DNA from: an uncultured Woeseiaceae bacterium
GTDB taxonomy: Bacteria > Pseudomonadota > Gammaproteobacteria > Steroidobacterales > Woeseiaceae
Direction: 5' to 3'
NCBI GenBank assembly: GCA_964424805.1
Contig: CAYRKH010000013.1
Coordinates: 29,094 to 61,093, forward strand
Length of the DNA: 32,000 nt
In this document: piece by piece, positions 8,248-17,150 of the stretch
Position numbering within the stretch: the first letter of the stretch is position 1
Layout of the letters: every line of letters starts with the position of its first letter
Made by a program: the position numbers and the translations under genes
The notes under the pieces: model-generated
What the model saw: the letters and a program-made list of their open reading frames with translations, nothing else
Databases searched by the model: none
Told to the model about the DNA's origin: nothing

Positions 8248-9516
8248 ATGCCAGCCTCCGACCTGCGCCCCGAGCTCAAGTGGCTCGCCAGCGGCTTCCT
8301 CATGACCTTTTTCTCCGGCTTCGGCCAGACGTACTTCATTGCGCTTTTTGCCGGCGAGCTCATGAGCGAGCTGTCGCTGAGCGACGGCCAGTTCGGCAGC
8401 CTGTATACCGCCGGGACGCTCGCGAGCGCGGCAGTGCTGGCCTGGGCCGGCCGCCTGGCCGACACGATGCCCGCGCGGCTGCTGGCTACCGCCGTCGTGA
8501 TCGGGCTGGCGCTCACCTCGCTCGGCATGGCGGCGGTGTCCTCGGCCGCGGCCCTCGCGCTCGTATTCTTCGGCCTGCGCTTCTTCGGCCAGGGCATGCT
8601 GACGCACCTGGCCATGACGACGATGGGCCGGTGGTTCAACCAGAAGCGCGGCCGGGCCATCGCCATCGCGGCACTCGGGCTGCCGGCGAGCGAAGGCCTG
8701 CTGCCGCTCATCGCCGTTGCCGCCGTCGGGCTCGTCGGCTGGCGGCAGACCTGGGTGGCCGCCGCGCTGTTCCTGCTGCTGGCGGCGGCGCCGGTCACCT
8801 GGATCCTGCTGCGCAGCGAAAGGCAGCCCGCGGCCGCTGCCGGCCCCGGCAACGAGGCGCGCGGCGTGCCGCAACAGCGTCAATGGACGCGTGCCGAGGT
8901 GCTGCAGAGCCCCGTCTTTTACGCCGTGCTGGCAGCGGTCGTCGCACCGGCTTTCGTGATCACGGCAATCTTTTTCAACCAGGTGACGCTCGTGGCGGCA
9001 AAAGGCTGGACGCTGTCCTGGTTCGCCGCCACGTTCCCGATCCTCGCCGCCGCGCACATCCTGGGGGCGCTCGCCACCGGCTGGTGCGTGGATCGATTCG
9101 GGGCGCGCCGCCTGCCGGCGGCGTTCCTGGCAGTGCTCGCGTTGACGACGTTCCTGCTCGCGCAGGCTGCCGACCCGCTGTGGCTGCCGCTGCTGATGGC
9201 GCTCATCGGCATCACGCTCGGCTGCTCGGCAACCGCGCAGGGCGCGCTCTGGCCCGAACTGTTCGGCGTCGCGCACCTGGGCGCCATACGCGCGGTGGCG
9301 ACGTCGGCCATCGTCTTCGCGTCGGCACTTTCGCCCGGGCTGGTGGGCGTGCTGCTGGATGCCGAAGTGCCGCTGGAGTCGCAGCTCGCCGGGATGGCGC
9401 TGTACTGCCTGGCGGCGGCGGGGTGGATGCTCCTGCTCCTGCCCCGGCTCGATCGGCTGGCGGCCTCCTGCCCCCCGCAGCGACCCGGGGCACGATGCTT
9501 TAAAATCGCGCGATGA
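8248..9516 (+). CDS. MFS transporter (about 12 TM segments)
   Basis: Hydrophobic repeat architecture. The N-terminus LKWLASGFLMTFFSGFGQTYFIALFAGELMSELSLSDGQFGSLYTAGTLASA is typical MFS. The ATG at 8248 is chosen because the upstream ORF extension is Arg/Pro-rich noncoding-like sequence. Confidence 0.9.
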   Translation: MPASDLRPELKWLASGFLMTFFSGFGQTYFIALFAGELMSELSLSDGQFGSLYTAGTLASAAVLAWAGRLADTMPARLLATAVVIGLALTSLGMAAVSSAAALALVFFGLRFFGQGMLTHLAMTTMGRWFNQKRGRAIAIAALGLPASEGLLPLIAVAAVGLVGWRQTWVAAALFLLLAAAPVTWILLRSERQPAAAAGPGNEARGVPQQRQWTRAEVLQSPVFYAVLAAVVAPAFVITAIFFNQVTLVAAKGWTLSWFAATFPILAAAHILGALATGWCVDRFGARRLPAAFLAVLALTTFLLAQAADPLWLPLLMALIGITLGCSATAQGALWPELFGVAHLGAIRAVATSAIVFASALSPGLVGVLLDAEVPLESQLAGMALYCLAAAGWMLLLLPRLDRLAASCPPQRPGARCFKIAR

Positions 9517-11336
9517 GCGTTCTCCTCTTCTGCGCGGCTTCGGCCGCTATCGCCGCCGGGCCCGCCCGGAGCCCGGATGAAGCCGCACTGTCGGAGATCA
9601 CCGTCAGCGCCGGCCGCATCGCGAACACGCGCCCGGCCGGCAGCTTTGCCGCACTCGCGACCGCACTGCGGTTCGACCCGCAGACGGAGCTGCAGTCGCG
9701 CGGGCTGCCCGAGGGACAGGCCGACGTGACCATCCGCGGCGGGCTGTTCGAGAACACGGGCTTCGGCATCGGGGCGGTGACGATCACGGATCCACAGACG
9801 GGGCATTACGCGGGGGAGCTGCCGCTCGATCCCGTGCTGCTGTCGCCGCCCGACACGCTCACCGGGACGGCGAACGCACTCCGCGGGTTCAACTCCACGA
9901 TCGGCACGATCGCGTATTCGATACCGGTCGTGCGGGACGCCGGAGACGTCACCTTCGGCGCGGGCAGCGATGCCCTGCGTTACGGATCGCTCCGGGCAGC
10001 GCTGCAGGCCGGCGGCCTGGCCGCGCGCCTGTCGCTGGCCGGATCGCAAGGCGATGGCAGCCTCCCGAATGGCGATCACGAGTTTGCACGCTACAACCTG
10101 CAGCTCCAGCACGCCGGCGAGGCGGCGCAGACCGACCTAATCCTCGCTTACCAGGACAAGTTCTACGGCTGGCCAGGCGCCTACACCGGCTTTGCCGCGC
10201 TGCCGGAGACGGACCGGACGGAGACCACGCTGCTATTCGCCAATCATCGCCGGGCGCTGGCGCAGGGCTGGATCGAGGCCAGCGCCTACCATCGCCGGCT
10301 GGTCAACGATTACGATTTCGACCGCCGCACGAAAGAAACCGGCGCTCCCGGTGCCTTCGATCACGAAACGCGCATCGCCGGGGTCGGTTTCCACGGGCTG
10401 CGCCGGCAGGGCCGGATCGACTGGCGCTACGGCGGCCAGCTCACCGCGGACGAGCTCGTGCACTCGACGGACCTGGCGAACGGCGATTTCAATCGCCGCG
10501 GGTACCTGAAGCTCGGCGTGCTGCCGTCGATCGAGCTGCTCCGGAACGACGAGCGCTCTGTTTCACTTCGGCTCGGCGCCACCTGGGACGCGTCGAACCG
10601 GGACCGCAACGTGGTCTCACCGCTCGCGGGTGCAACGTTTCGCTGGGACAGCGGCGAGAACGTGACCTACATCGACGTCGACTACGCGGTCACTTCGCAG
10701 GTGCCCGGGTACACGGCGTTGAAGTCGGCTCCTACCGGCCTTTTCGGCGGCAACCCCGATCTCGGACGCGAACGGGCGCGGCAACTTGCGGTCTCGGCCG
10801 GCCTGGACGCAGTACGCTGGAACGGCGCGCTCACCGTGTTCTACCGCGAGGACGACGACCTCGTCGACTGGACCTACGATGCCGGCGCGCCGGGTGCCCG
10901 CCAGGCGAACCCGCTGGATGCCGACGTCATCGGCGTCGAAGCCCTGTTTCGCCGCCGCTGGGACAGGCTGCAGCTCGGGGGCAGCTACACGTGGATCGAC
11001 AAGGACGCGGACTTCGGCGCGGCGGACGTGGACGCGAGCTTCTACGCGCTGAACTACGCCCGCCACCGCGCCACCCTGGCGGCCACCTGGCGCGTTTCCG
11101 ACCGCCTCGAGTGGCGCATGGACAGCGAGTACCGCGTGCAGCGCGACAATCCGCTGCGCACGACTTCCGGGCGGGCCTTGATCCTGTCGGCGAGCCTCGC
11201 CTGGGAGCCGCCCGACGGCCGCGGCGTCGGCCTCGCGCTGACGGCCGATAACCTCACCGACAGCGATTACCAGTACTTCCCGGGCACGCCGGCCGTCGGT
11301 CGCCAGGTGAGCCTGAGCGCTCGCTACGCCTGGTAG
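9513..11336 (+). CDS. TonB-dependent outer-membrane receptor (small, 607 aa)
   Basis: Signal peptide. TonB-box-like LSEITVSAGR. Plug-domain sequence (ALRFDPQTELQSRG...ADVTIRGG). Beta-barrel-like alternating pattern. Terminal ...LSARYAW aromatic residue. The start ATG overlaps the MFS stop (ATGA at 9513-9516). Confidence 0.9.
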   Translation: MSVLLFCAASAAIAAGPARSPDEAALSEITVSAGRIANTRPAGSFAALATALRFDPQTELQSRGLPEGQADVTIRGGLFENTGFGIGAVTITDPQTGHYAGELPLDPVLLSPPDTLTGTANALRGFNSTIGTIAYSIPVVRDAGDVTFGAGSDALRYGSLRAALQAGGLAARLSLAGSQGDGSLPNGDHEFARYNLQLQHAGEAAQTDLILAYQDKFYGWPGAYTGFAALPETDRTETTLLFANHRRALAQGWIEASAYHRRLVNDYDFDRRTKETGAPGAFDHETRIAGVGFHGLRRQGRIDWRYGGQLTADELVHSTDLANGDFNRRGYLKLGVLPSIELLRNDERSVSLRLGATWDASNRDRNVVSPLAGATFRWDSGENVTYIDVDYAVTSQVPGYTALKSAPTGLFGGNPDLGRERARQLAVSAGLDAVRWNGALTVFYREDDDLVDWTYDAGAPGARQANPLDADVIGVEALFRRRWDRLQLGGSYTWIDKDADFGAADVDASFYALNYARHRATLAATWRVSDRLEWRMDSEYRVQRDNPLRTTSGRALILSASLAWEPPDGRGVGLALTADNLTDSDYQYFPGTPAVGRQVSLSARYAW

Positions 11337-11423
11337 TCACCGGGAGCTGAACCGGTCAGGACATACCGATTTCGCATACGGCCGGTGATCGACGCCGGCT
11401 TCGGCTAGGCTTCATTGGTCCCC

Positions 11424-11466
11424 CACCGCGGGCGCTAACAACCGATTCCCGGCAGCGCCCGCGGTG
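11424..11466. promoter_or_regulatory. 13-bp perfect inverted repeat CACCGCGGGCGCT-N17-AGCGCCCGCGGTG upstream of the CHRD gene
   Basis: Arms at 11424-11436 and 11454-11466. It lies 55 bp before the CHRD ATG and 88 bp after the receptor stop. There is no U-tract, so it is either a factor-binding site or a tailless hairpin. Confidence 0.35.
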
Positions 11467-11520
11467 CGGGACTCCTTCTACGCCTGCCGGCCGGCCGCTG
11501 CAACAGCAGGAGGCCAGCGC

Positions 11521-12105
11521 ATGAAACCATCTTCGGGCCTGACGGCCACCCTCACCGCCATCCCCCTTACCCTCTTCGGCGCGCTCGGCACGGCCGAGGC
11601 CGACGACGAGCTGGACTTCGAGGCCACCCTGACGGGCGCCCAGGAAGTGGTCCTCGACGACCAGGACGCGTTCGTCCCCGGCGGCACCGGCAGCGGCGCA
11701 CAGGGCCGGATGGAAGCCGACTTCGACGAAGGCCTGTCGGTGCTTCGCGTGAACCTCCGGGTCGTCGAGCTCGGCAATGCCTTCTCCGCGGCGCATTTCC
11801 ACTGCGCGCGTCCGGGGGAGAACGGCCCGATCGTCTTCGGCCTGGTGAATCCCGGGCCGCTCGCGTTCGACGGCCAGGACATCCGGGGCACCCTCTCGAA
11901 CGCCGACTACACCGGTGAGGATTGCAGCGAGGTGATCGGCAGGCCGGTCAACAATCTCGCCGCACTTGCGCTCGCGATGCGCGACGGTCTCATCTACGCG
12001 AACGTGCACACCGATGCGTTCCCGATGGGCGAAATCCGCGGCCAGATGCTGCCGGACGACGACGATGATGATGACCTCGACGACGACGACGACTTCGACG
12101 ACTGA
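11521..12105 (+). CDS. Secreted CHRD domain-containing protein with a poly-Asp C-terminal tail
   Basis: AGGAGG lies 8 nt upstream of the ATG. Signal peptide MKPSSGLTATLTAIPLTLFGALGTAEA. CHRD hallmarks: LTGAQEVV, AHFHCARPGENGPIVFGL, YANVHTDAFPMGEIRGQ. Tail: DDDDDDDLDDDDDFDD. Confidence 0.85.
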   Translation: MKPSSGLTATLTAIPLTLFGALGTAEADDELDFEATLTGAQEVVLDDQDAFVPGGTGSGAQGRMEADFDEGLSVLRVNLRVVELGNAFSAAHFHCARPGENGPIVFGLVNPGPLAFDGQDIRGTLSNADYTGEDCSEVIGRPVNNLAALALAMRDGLIYANVHTDAFPMGEIRGQMLPDDDDDDDLDDDDDFDD

Positions 12106-12132
12106 CGGATGCTACGCGGACGAATGCCGCAC

Positions 12133-12209
12133 CCTGTAGGAGCGCGCATCGCGCGCGATGCCTCGGTGGTCGGCCCGGTGGCATCGCGCGCAGTGCGCGC
12201 TCCTACAGG
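12133..12209. repeat. REP-like nested palindromic element, copy B (between convergent CHRD gene and lhr)
   Basis: CCTGTAGGAGCGCGCATCGCGCGCGATGCC (12133-12162), 17-nt centre, GGCATCGCGCGCAGTGCGCGCTCCTACAGG (12180-12209). The 30-nt arms are complementary except for 2 central nt. The sequence matches copy A. Confidence 0.9.
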
Positions 12210-15200
12210 CGGGAAGCGCCGAGGTGCCCGGCGGCCGGGGAGACGATCGGTCCCATCAGCCGCCGGCGCAGGCTCCATTCTTCCCCGGCGTCCACACGGT
12301 CCAGGAACTCCACCTGCTTGCCGATGCGCACGGCGATGGGAACGCCGCCCCGGAGAAGCAGGCGATTGCCCGGCAGCGCCGGCAGGCGCTGCCCGGGCGT
12401 GATGATCCCGGCCAGGTTCAGGGGGTCGGCGGCGGAGATCATCACCGTCTCAGTGCCCTCGTCCTTGCGCACCTCCCGCAGCGCGCCCACCGCTTCCGGC
12501 AGCGCGAACTGTTCGCCGCTCATGCCCTGCACGAAGCGCCCACCGCGTATCTCGCCGCGTGCTTCCAGGCGGCGAAACGCGTACAGCAGGTCGCGCCACG
12601 GCGGCAGCAGCGGTTCGCGCTCCAGCACGCGGCGGCAGATGACGCCGTAACGGCGCAGCAACACCTGCGCGATGTGGGCCGCGTGCTCGCCGTCGGGCGC
12701 GGTACTTGCGCGGCCGTGGAAGACCCGCGCCCAGCGGCCGGCGTCCTCCACCGCCGGCATGCGGTTGCGGCGGCGCTGGCGGCGCGTGTCGGCGCGCCGG
12801 ACCTGCGGCACGATCAGCGCCCGCAGGCCGGCAAACGTGTCCGCCGTCACCAGGCCTCGCGCGACCAGCTCGGCCAGCGCCCCTTCCACGTGGCCGTGCA
12901 GGAGTCCGCTCGCTTCCTCGAGGTCGGTGAAGAACAGCGCGCCGTGCTCGCAGAGCGCCTCCAGCACGCTTTGCGCGTTGCCGCTCAGCTGCTCCTCGCC
13001 GGCGGCGCGCGCGAGCATGCGCCAGTGCTTCAGGTGCGCACGCGCGACGAATGCGATCGGCGTGTTCCGCACCGGCGCGGCGTGGCGGCCGTTGCGCTCG
13101 GCTGCAACCGGGGGCGGATTCAGTCGCGTCCACACGAAGCGGCCGGCATTGCAGAGCTTGTCCAGCAGGTCGGCGCGGTAATGCGCGACGCGCAGCGGCA
13201 GCAGGTTCGCCTCCCAGGCGGCGGCCGCGGCCGGGTAGCCTTCCAGCTGTTCCAGAACGGCGGCGAGCGCCTCGGTACCTTCCACCTGCTCACCCGTGAC
13301 GTGCTGCCAGCGCAGCAGGAAGCGGTAGTACGCCGCCGGGGTAACCGGCTCGATCTCGGCGCGCAGGCGCTTCAAGGTATAGCGGTGAATGCGCGCGAGC
13401 AGCCCGCGCTCGCACCATTCGGCGGCCGCGCCGCCCGTGTAGTGCCCCTGCATTGCGAAGCCTTCCGCCTGCAGCGCGGCGAGCGTGGCATCGAGGTCGC
13501 CCGCGGCGAAGCCGAGCGGAGCGGCCAGCGCTTCCGCGGAAACGGGGCCCAGCACCTCGAGGCGGCCGCGCAGGATCTCGCGCCGGGCGTCGGGCGCGTC
13601 CGCGACCGCGGGATCGGGAATGGCGTCTACCGCGGGCGCCGTCGTGATCCCGGGCCAGAGCTGGCGGAACCAGGCAAGGCGTTCCGCGGCGACCCACAGG
13701 GTCTCGCCGCCCGGGGGCTGAAGGCGCGCGGCGCGGCCCGCGCCTGCAAGCTCGGCGAACAGTTCCGCCCACGGCTGTTGTCGCCCCCGAGGCGGACTGC
13801 CGCCGGCGGCGCCGCCGGGCGGTGTCGGGCCCTCCGACCCGGAAAGGAAGCCCGCCACGAGGAGCGCATCGTGCAACTCGTCCGCGCTGCGCGGCTCCGG
13901 CCACGCCTCGGCTCGCACCTTCGCGATGGCGTCGGCGTCGAGGCGGCCGAGGGCCGCCGCGTCGTCGGCGCTCAACACGCTGCGCTGGCGCACCGCCAGC
14001 GTGCGCCGCTCCTCGGCGGGTGCATCGTCGAGGAACGCATACGGCCGCGCGCCGAGGATTTCGAATGCCATCGGTGACGGCGCGGCGAGGTCGCGGCAGA
14101 CGATACGCACCTCGTTCCGTTCGAGCCGCTCGAGAAGCGCGACGAGGCCGTCCACGTCCATCGTCTCGGTCAGGCAGTCCTGCACCGTCTGCTGCACGAG
14201 CGGATGATCGGGAATCTCGCGGTAACCCGCGCTCAGGTTTTCCGCGCAGGCGAGCTGGTCCGGGAACACGACGGCCAGCAGGTCCTCGGCATCCGAGCGC
14301 TGGAACTGCGCCGGCGCGCGCTTGCCGTTGAAGTGGCGCTTGATGGCCAGCGCCACGCTGGCGTTCCAGCGCCAGCGCGTGCCGAACATCGGCGCGTCGA
14401 GCAGCGCCTGGGTGAGCACCTCGCGGACGCTGGCGGAATGCAGGTAGCGCGTGATCGCTTCCAGGTCGAAGCTGTGCGTGGCGCCGAGCGAGAGCACGAT
14501 CGTGTTCTCGTCCGCCGCCGCCTGCAGCTCGAAGTTGAAGCTGCGGCAGAAGCGCTTCCGCAGCGCCAGCCCCCAGGCGCGGTTGATGCGCGAGCCGCAG
14601 GGCGAATGGATGACGAGGTGCTGGTCGCCGGTTTCATCGAAGAAGCGTTCGAACACGATCGTGTCGTGCGTCGGGAGCACGGTGAGCGCGGCGCGCGAGG
14701 CGGCGGTGTAGTCGATGATTTGCTGCGCGGCGGCCTCGGCAAGCCCGAGCTCGTCCTGCGCCCAGCGCAACGCGTCGTCCTCGCCGCGCTCGAGCTGCTG
14801 CTGGAGCTCCGCGCGCAGCCGGCTCACCGACAGGGACAGCTCCTCGCTGCGGCCCGGCGCCTCGCCGAACCAGAACGGGATGTTCGGCGGCTGGCCTTTC
14901 GCGTCCTCGGCATAGACCTTGCCCTGCTGGACCTTCGCCACGCGATAGGAGGTGTTGCCGAGCTGGAAGATGTCGCCGGGAATGCTCTCGAACGCGAAGT
15001 CCTCGTTCAGCGTGCCGATCTTCATCCCTTCCGGCAGCAGGATCACTTCATAGTCGAACTGGTCCGGGATGACCCCGCCGTTGGTCAGCGCCGTGAGCCG
15101 GGCGCCGCGGCGCGCGCGCAGCACGCCGTTCACGGCATCACGGTGCAGGTAGGCACCGCGCCGACCGCGGCGCGTCGTGTAGCCGTCGGCCAGCATCTTC

Positions 15201-16546
15201 ACGACGTCGGTGTATTCGTCCTTTGTCAGCTCGCGATAGGGCCAGGCGCGACGCAGCTGCTCGTACAGCGCGTCCTCGCCCCACTCGCGGCCGGCGACTT
15301 CGGCAACGACCTGCTGCGCGAGCACGTCAAGCGGCTTGTCGGGTAGCTCCAGGCGATCGAGCTCACCGCGGCGCACCGCGGCGAGCAGCGCCGCGCACTC
15401 CACCAGGTCGTCGCGCGTGAGCGGAAAGAGCCGGCCCTTCGGGGTCGCGTGCACCGCGTGGCCGGCACGGCCGACGCGCTGCAGCAGTGCGCCGATCGCC
15501 CGCGGCGAGCCGAGCTGGCACACGAGGTCGACGTCGCCGATGTCGATGCCGAGCTCGAGCGAGGAGGTCGCGACGAGTGCGCGGAGCTGCCCGGCCTTCA
15601 GGCGCTGCTCCGCGTCCAGCCGGTGCCGGCGCGAAAGGCTGCCGTGGTGTGACGTGACGCTCTCCTCGCCGATACGCTCGGCGAGGTGCCGCGCCACGCG
15701 CTCGGTCTGGCGGCGGTTGTTGCAGAAGATGAGCGTCGTGCGATGCGCCGCGGCCAGCTCGGCGAGCTGGTCGTAGAGCTCGCTCCAGACCTCGTTGGCC
15801 ATGACGGCTTCCAGCGGCGAGCGCGGCAGCGCCAGCTCGAGGTCGCGCTCGCGCTGGTGGCCGGTGTCGATGATCGTGCAGTGGTCCGGGCCGGCGAGGA
15901 AGCGGGCGACGGTTTCCATCGGCTTCTGCGTCGCCGAGAGACCGACGCGCATGGGGGGCTTGCCGCACAGCGCGTCCAGCCGGGCGAGCGACAGGGCGAG
16001 GTGCGCGCCGCGCTTGGTGCCGGCGACGGCGTGGATCTCGTCGACGATCACCGTGCGCACCGTCGACAGGATCGAGCGGCCGGATTCCGAGGTCAGCAGG
16101 ATGAACAGCGACTCCGGCGTCGTCACCAGGATGTGCGGCGGCGTCCGGCGCATCTTCGCGCGCTCGTGCTGTGGCGTGTCGCCCGTGCGAACCAGCGCGC
16201 GGATCTCGACGTCTGGCCGGCCCGACTCCAGCAGCGCGTCCCGGATGCCAGCGAGCGGCTCCTCGAGGTTTTTGTGGATGTCGTTCGACAGCGCTTTCAG
16301 CGGGGAGACGTAAAGTACCCGCGCCTCGTCCGGCAGCGCGCGCTCGTCGCCTTCGCGCACGAGATCGTCGATGGCGGACAGGAAAGCGGCGAGGGTCTTG
16401 CCGGACCCGGTGGGCGCCGCCAGCAGCGTATGGCCGCCCTGCCGAATCGCCGGCCACGCGGCGGCCTGGACGGGCGTCGCTCGCCCGAACCTGCCCGCGA
16501 ACCAACGGCGCACCGCCGGGTGAAAATCACTCGAAGCCATGGCCAC
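12203..16546 (-). CDS. lhr: Lhr-family ATP-dependent DNA helicase (large helicase-related protein), 1447 aa
   Basis: N-terminus FHPAVRRWFAGRFGRATPVQAAAWPAIRQGGHTLLAAPTGSGKT (Walker A). VIVDEIHAV (DEIH box). Helicase C motifs (VATSSLELGIDIG, QRVGRAGH). The long C-terminal domain is typical of Lhr. The stop TAG lies inside REP copy B. Confidence 0.95.
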   Translation of the reverse strand: MAMASSDFHPAVRRWFAGRFGRATPVQAAAWPAIRQGGHTLLAAPTGSGKTLAAFLSAIDDLVREGDERALPDEARVLYVSPLKALSNDIHKNLEEPLAGIRDALLESGRPDVEIRALVRTGDTPQHERAKMRRTPPHILVTTPESLFILLTSESGRSILSTVRTVIVDEIHAVAGTKRGAHLALSLARLDALCGKPPMRVGLSATQKPMETVARFLAGPDHCTIIDTGHQRERDLELALPRSPLEAVMANEVWSELYDQLAELAAAHRTTLIFCNNRRQTERVARHLAERIGEESVTSHHGSLSRRHRLDAEQRLKAGQLRALVATSSLELGIDIGDVDLVCQLGSPRAIGALLQRVGRAGHAVHATPKGRLFPLTRDDLVECAALLAAVRRGELDRLELPDKPLDVLAQQVVAEVAGREWGEDALYEQLRRAWPYRELTKDEYTDVVKMLADGYTTRRGRRGAYLHRDAVNGVLRARRGARLTALTNGGVIPDQFDYEVILLPEGMKIGTLNEDFAFESIPGDIFQLGNTSYRVAKVQQGKVYAEDAKGQPPNIPFWFGEAPGRSEELSLSVSRLRAELQQQLERGEDDALRWAQDELGLAEAAAQQIIDYTAASRAALTVLPTHDTIVFERFFDETGDQHLVIHSPCGSRINRAWGLALRKRFCRSFNFELQAAADENTIVLSLGATHSFDLEAITRYLHSASVREVLTQALLDAPMFGTRWRWNASVALAIKRHFNGKRAPAQFQRSDAEDLLAVVFPDQLACAENLSAGYREIPDHPLVQQTVQDCLTETMDVDGLVALLERLERNEVRIVCRDLAAPSPMAFEILGARPYAFLDDAPAEERRTLAVRQRSVLSADDAAALGRLDADAIAKVRAEAWPEPRSADELHDALLVAGFLSGSEGPTPPGGAAGGSPPRGRQQPWAELFAELAGAGRAARLQPPGGETLWVAAERLAWFRQLWPGITTAPAVDAIPDPAVADAPDARREILRGRLEVLGPVSAEALAAPLGFAAGDLDATLAALQAEGFAMQGHYTGGAAAEWCERGLLARIHRYTLKRLRAEIEPVTPAAYYRFLLRWQHVTGEQVEGTEALAAVLEQLEGYPAAAAAWEANLLPLRVAHYRADLLDKLCNAGRFVWTRLNPPPVAAERNGRHAAPVRNTPIAFVARAHLKHWRMLARAAGEEQLSGNAQSVLEALCEHGALFFTDLEEASGLLHGHVEGALAELVARGLVTADTFAGLRALIVPQVRRADTRRQRRRNRMPAVEDAGRWARVFHGRASTAPDGEHAAHIAQVLLRRYGVICRRVLEREPLLPPWRDLLYAFRRLEARGEIRGGRFVQGMSGEQFALPEAVGALREVRKDEGTETVMISAADPLNLAGIITPGQRLPALPGNRLLLRGGVPIAVRIGKQVEFLDRVDAGEEWSLRRRLMGPIVSPAAGHLGASRL

Positions 16547-16636
16547 AGGATAGCGCAGCGGCGACTGCCGGGTTTCGATTATCGCGCCGACGGCGCTTGC
16601 GCAAAGGGGGTTTCCTGCAGGGGCTTATCGGCAGGC

Positions 16637-17080
16637 TCAAGCGCCCTGGCTTTGCGCCTGCACCCAGCGGACGATGTCGGCCGAGCGCATGGCGCCGGAC
16701 TGGCGGGCAACCTCGCGGCCGTTCCGGAACATGATCATGGTCGGGATGCCGCGGATCGAGAACTGCGCGGCGAGATCCGGCTCGTGCTCCGTGTTCAGCT
16801 TGACCAGCCGGGCGGCCGAGCCGAGCTCTGCGGAAGCCCTCTCGAACTCAGGCGCCATCATGCGGCAGGGGCCACACCATTCGGCCCAGAAATCGACCAC
16901 CACCGGAATGTCGTTGCGGTCGATGTGCTTGCGGAACGCGTCGCCGCCGAGATCCGGCGGTGTGGTGCCGAACAGGGCTTCGTGGCACTTGCCACATTTC
17001 GGCTCATCGCCCAGGCGATCGGCGGGAATCCGGTTCACGGCCTCGCAATGCGGGCAAACGATGTGGTTAGCGGTGGTCAT
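16637..17080 (-). CDS. trxC: Thioredoxin 2 (TrxC) with N-terminal zinc-finger extension
   Basis: CPHC...CGKC zinc-binding N-terminus followed by the FWAEWCGPC active site. 147 aa. AGAGGATAA SD upstream. Confidence 0.95.
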   Translation of the reverse strand: MTTANHIVCPHCEAVNRIPADRLGDEPKCGKCHEALFGTTPPDLGGDAFRKHIDRNDIPVVVDFWAEWCGPCRMMAPEFERASAELGSAARLVKLNTEHEPDLAAQFSIRGIPTMIMFRNGREVARQSGAMRSADIVRWVQAQSQGA

Positions 17081-17150
17081 GGCGGTTATCCTCTGTGCCG
17101 CTAGGTCATGCGCCCGGATCGCGGGATTTCAAGCAGATGGAGACACAAGT

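Noticed and set aside
8152-10112. Minus-strand ORFs of 374 aa and 397 aa, and a 423 aa plus-strand alternate frame over the MFS and receptor genes.
   Set aside because: These are alternate or antisense frames of a clearly hydrophobic MFS protein and a TBDR, with Arg/Gly/Pro-rich translations.
16547-16636. A TATCCT hexamer 6 nt upstream of the lhr ATG, as a fourth leaderless candidate.
   Set aside because: A better GATAAT hexamer lies about 45 nt upstream, and the gene may also be co-transcribed with trxC. The case is too ambiguous to include.
12158-17104. Long plus-strand ORFs (639 aa at 12158-14077, 380 aa at 14204-15346, 472 aa at 15686-17104) opposite lhr and trxC.
   Set aside because: These are mirror frames of lhr and trxC with Arg/Ala-rich low-complexity translations. 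lhr has unambiguous helicase motifs on the minus strand.
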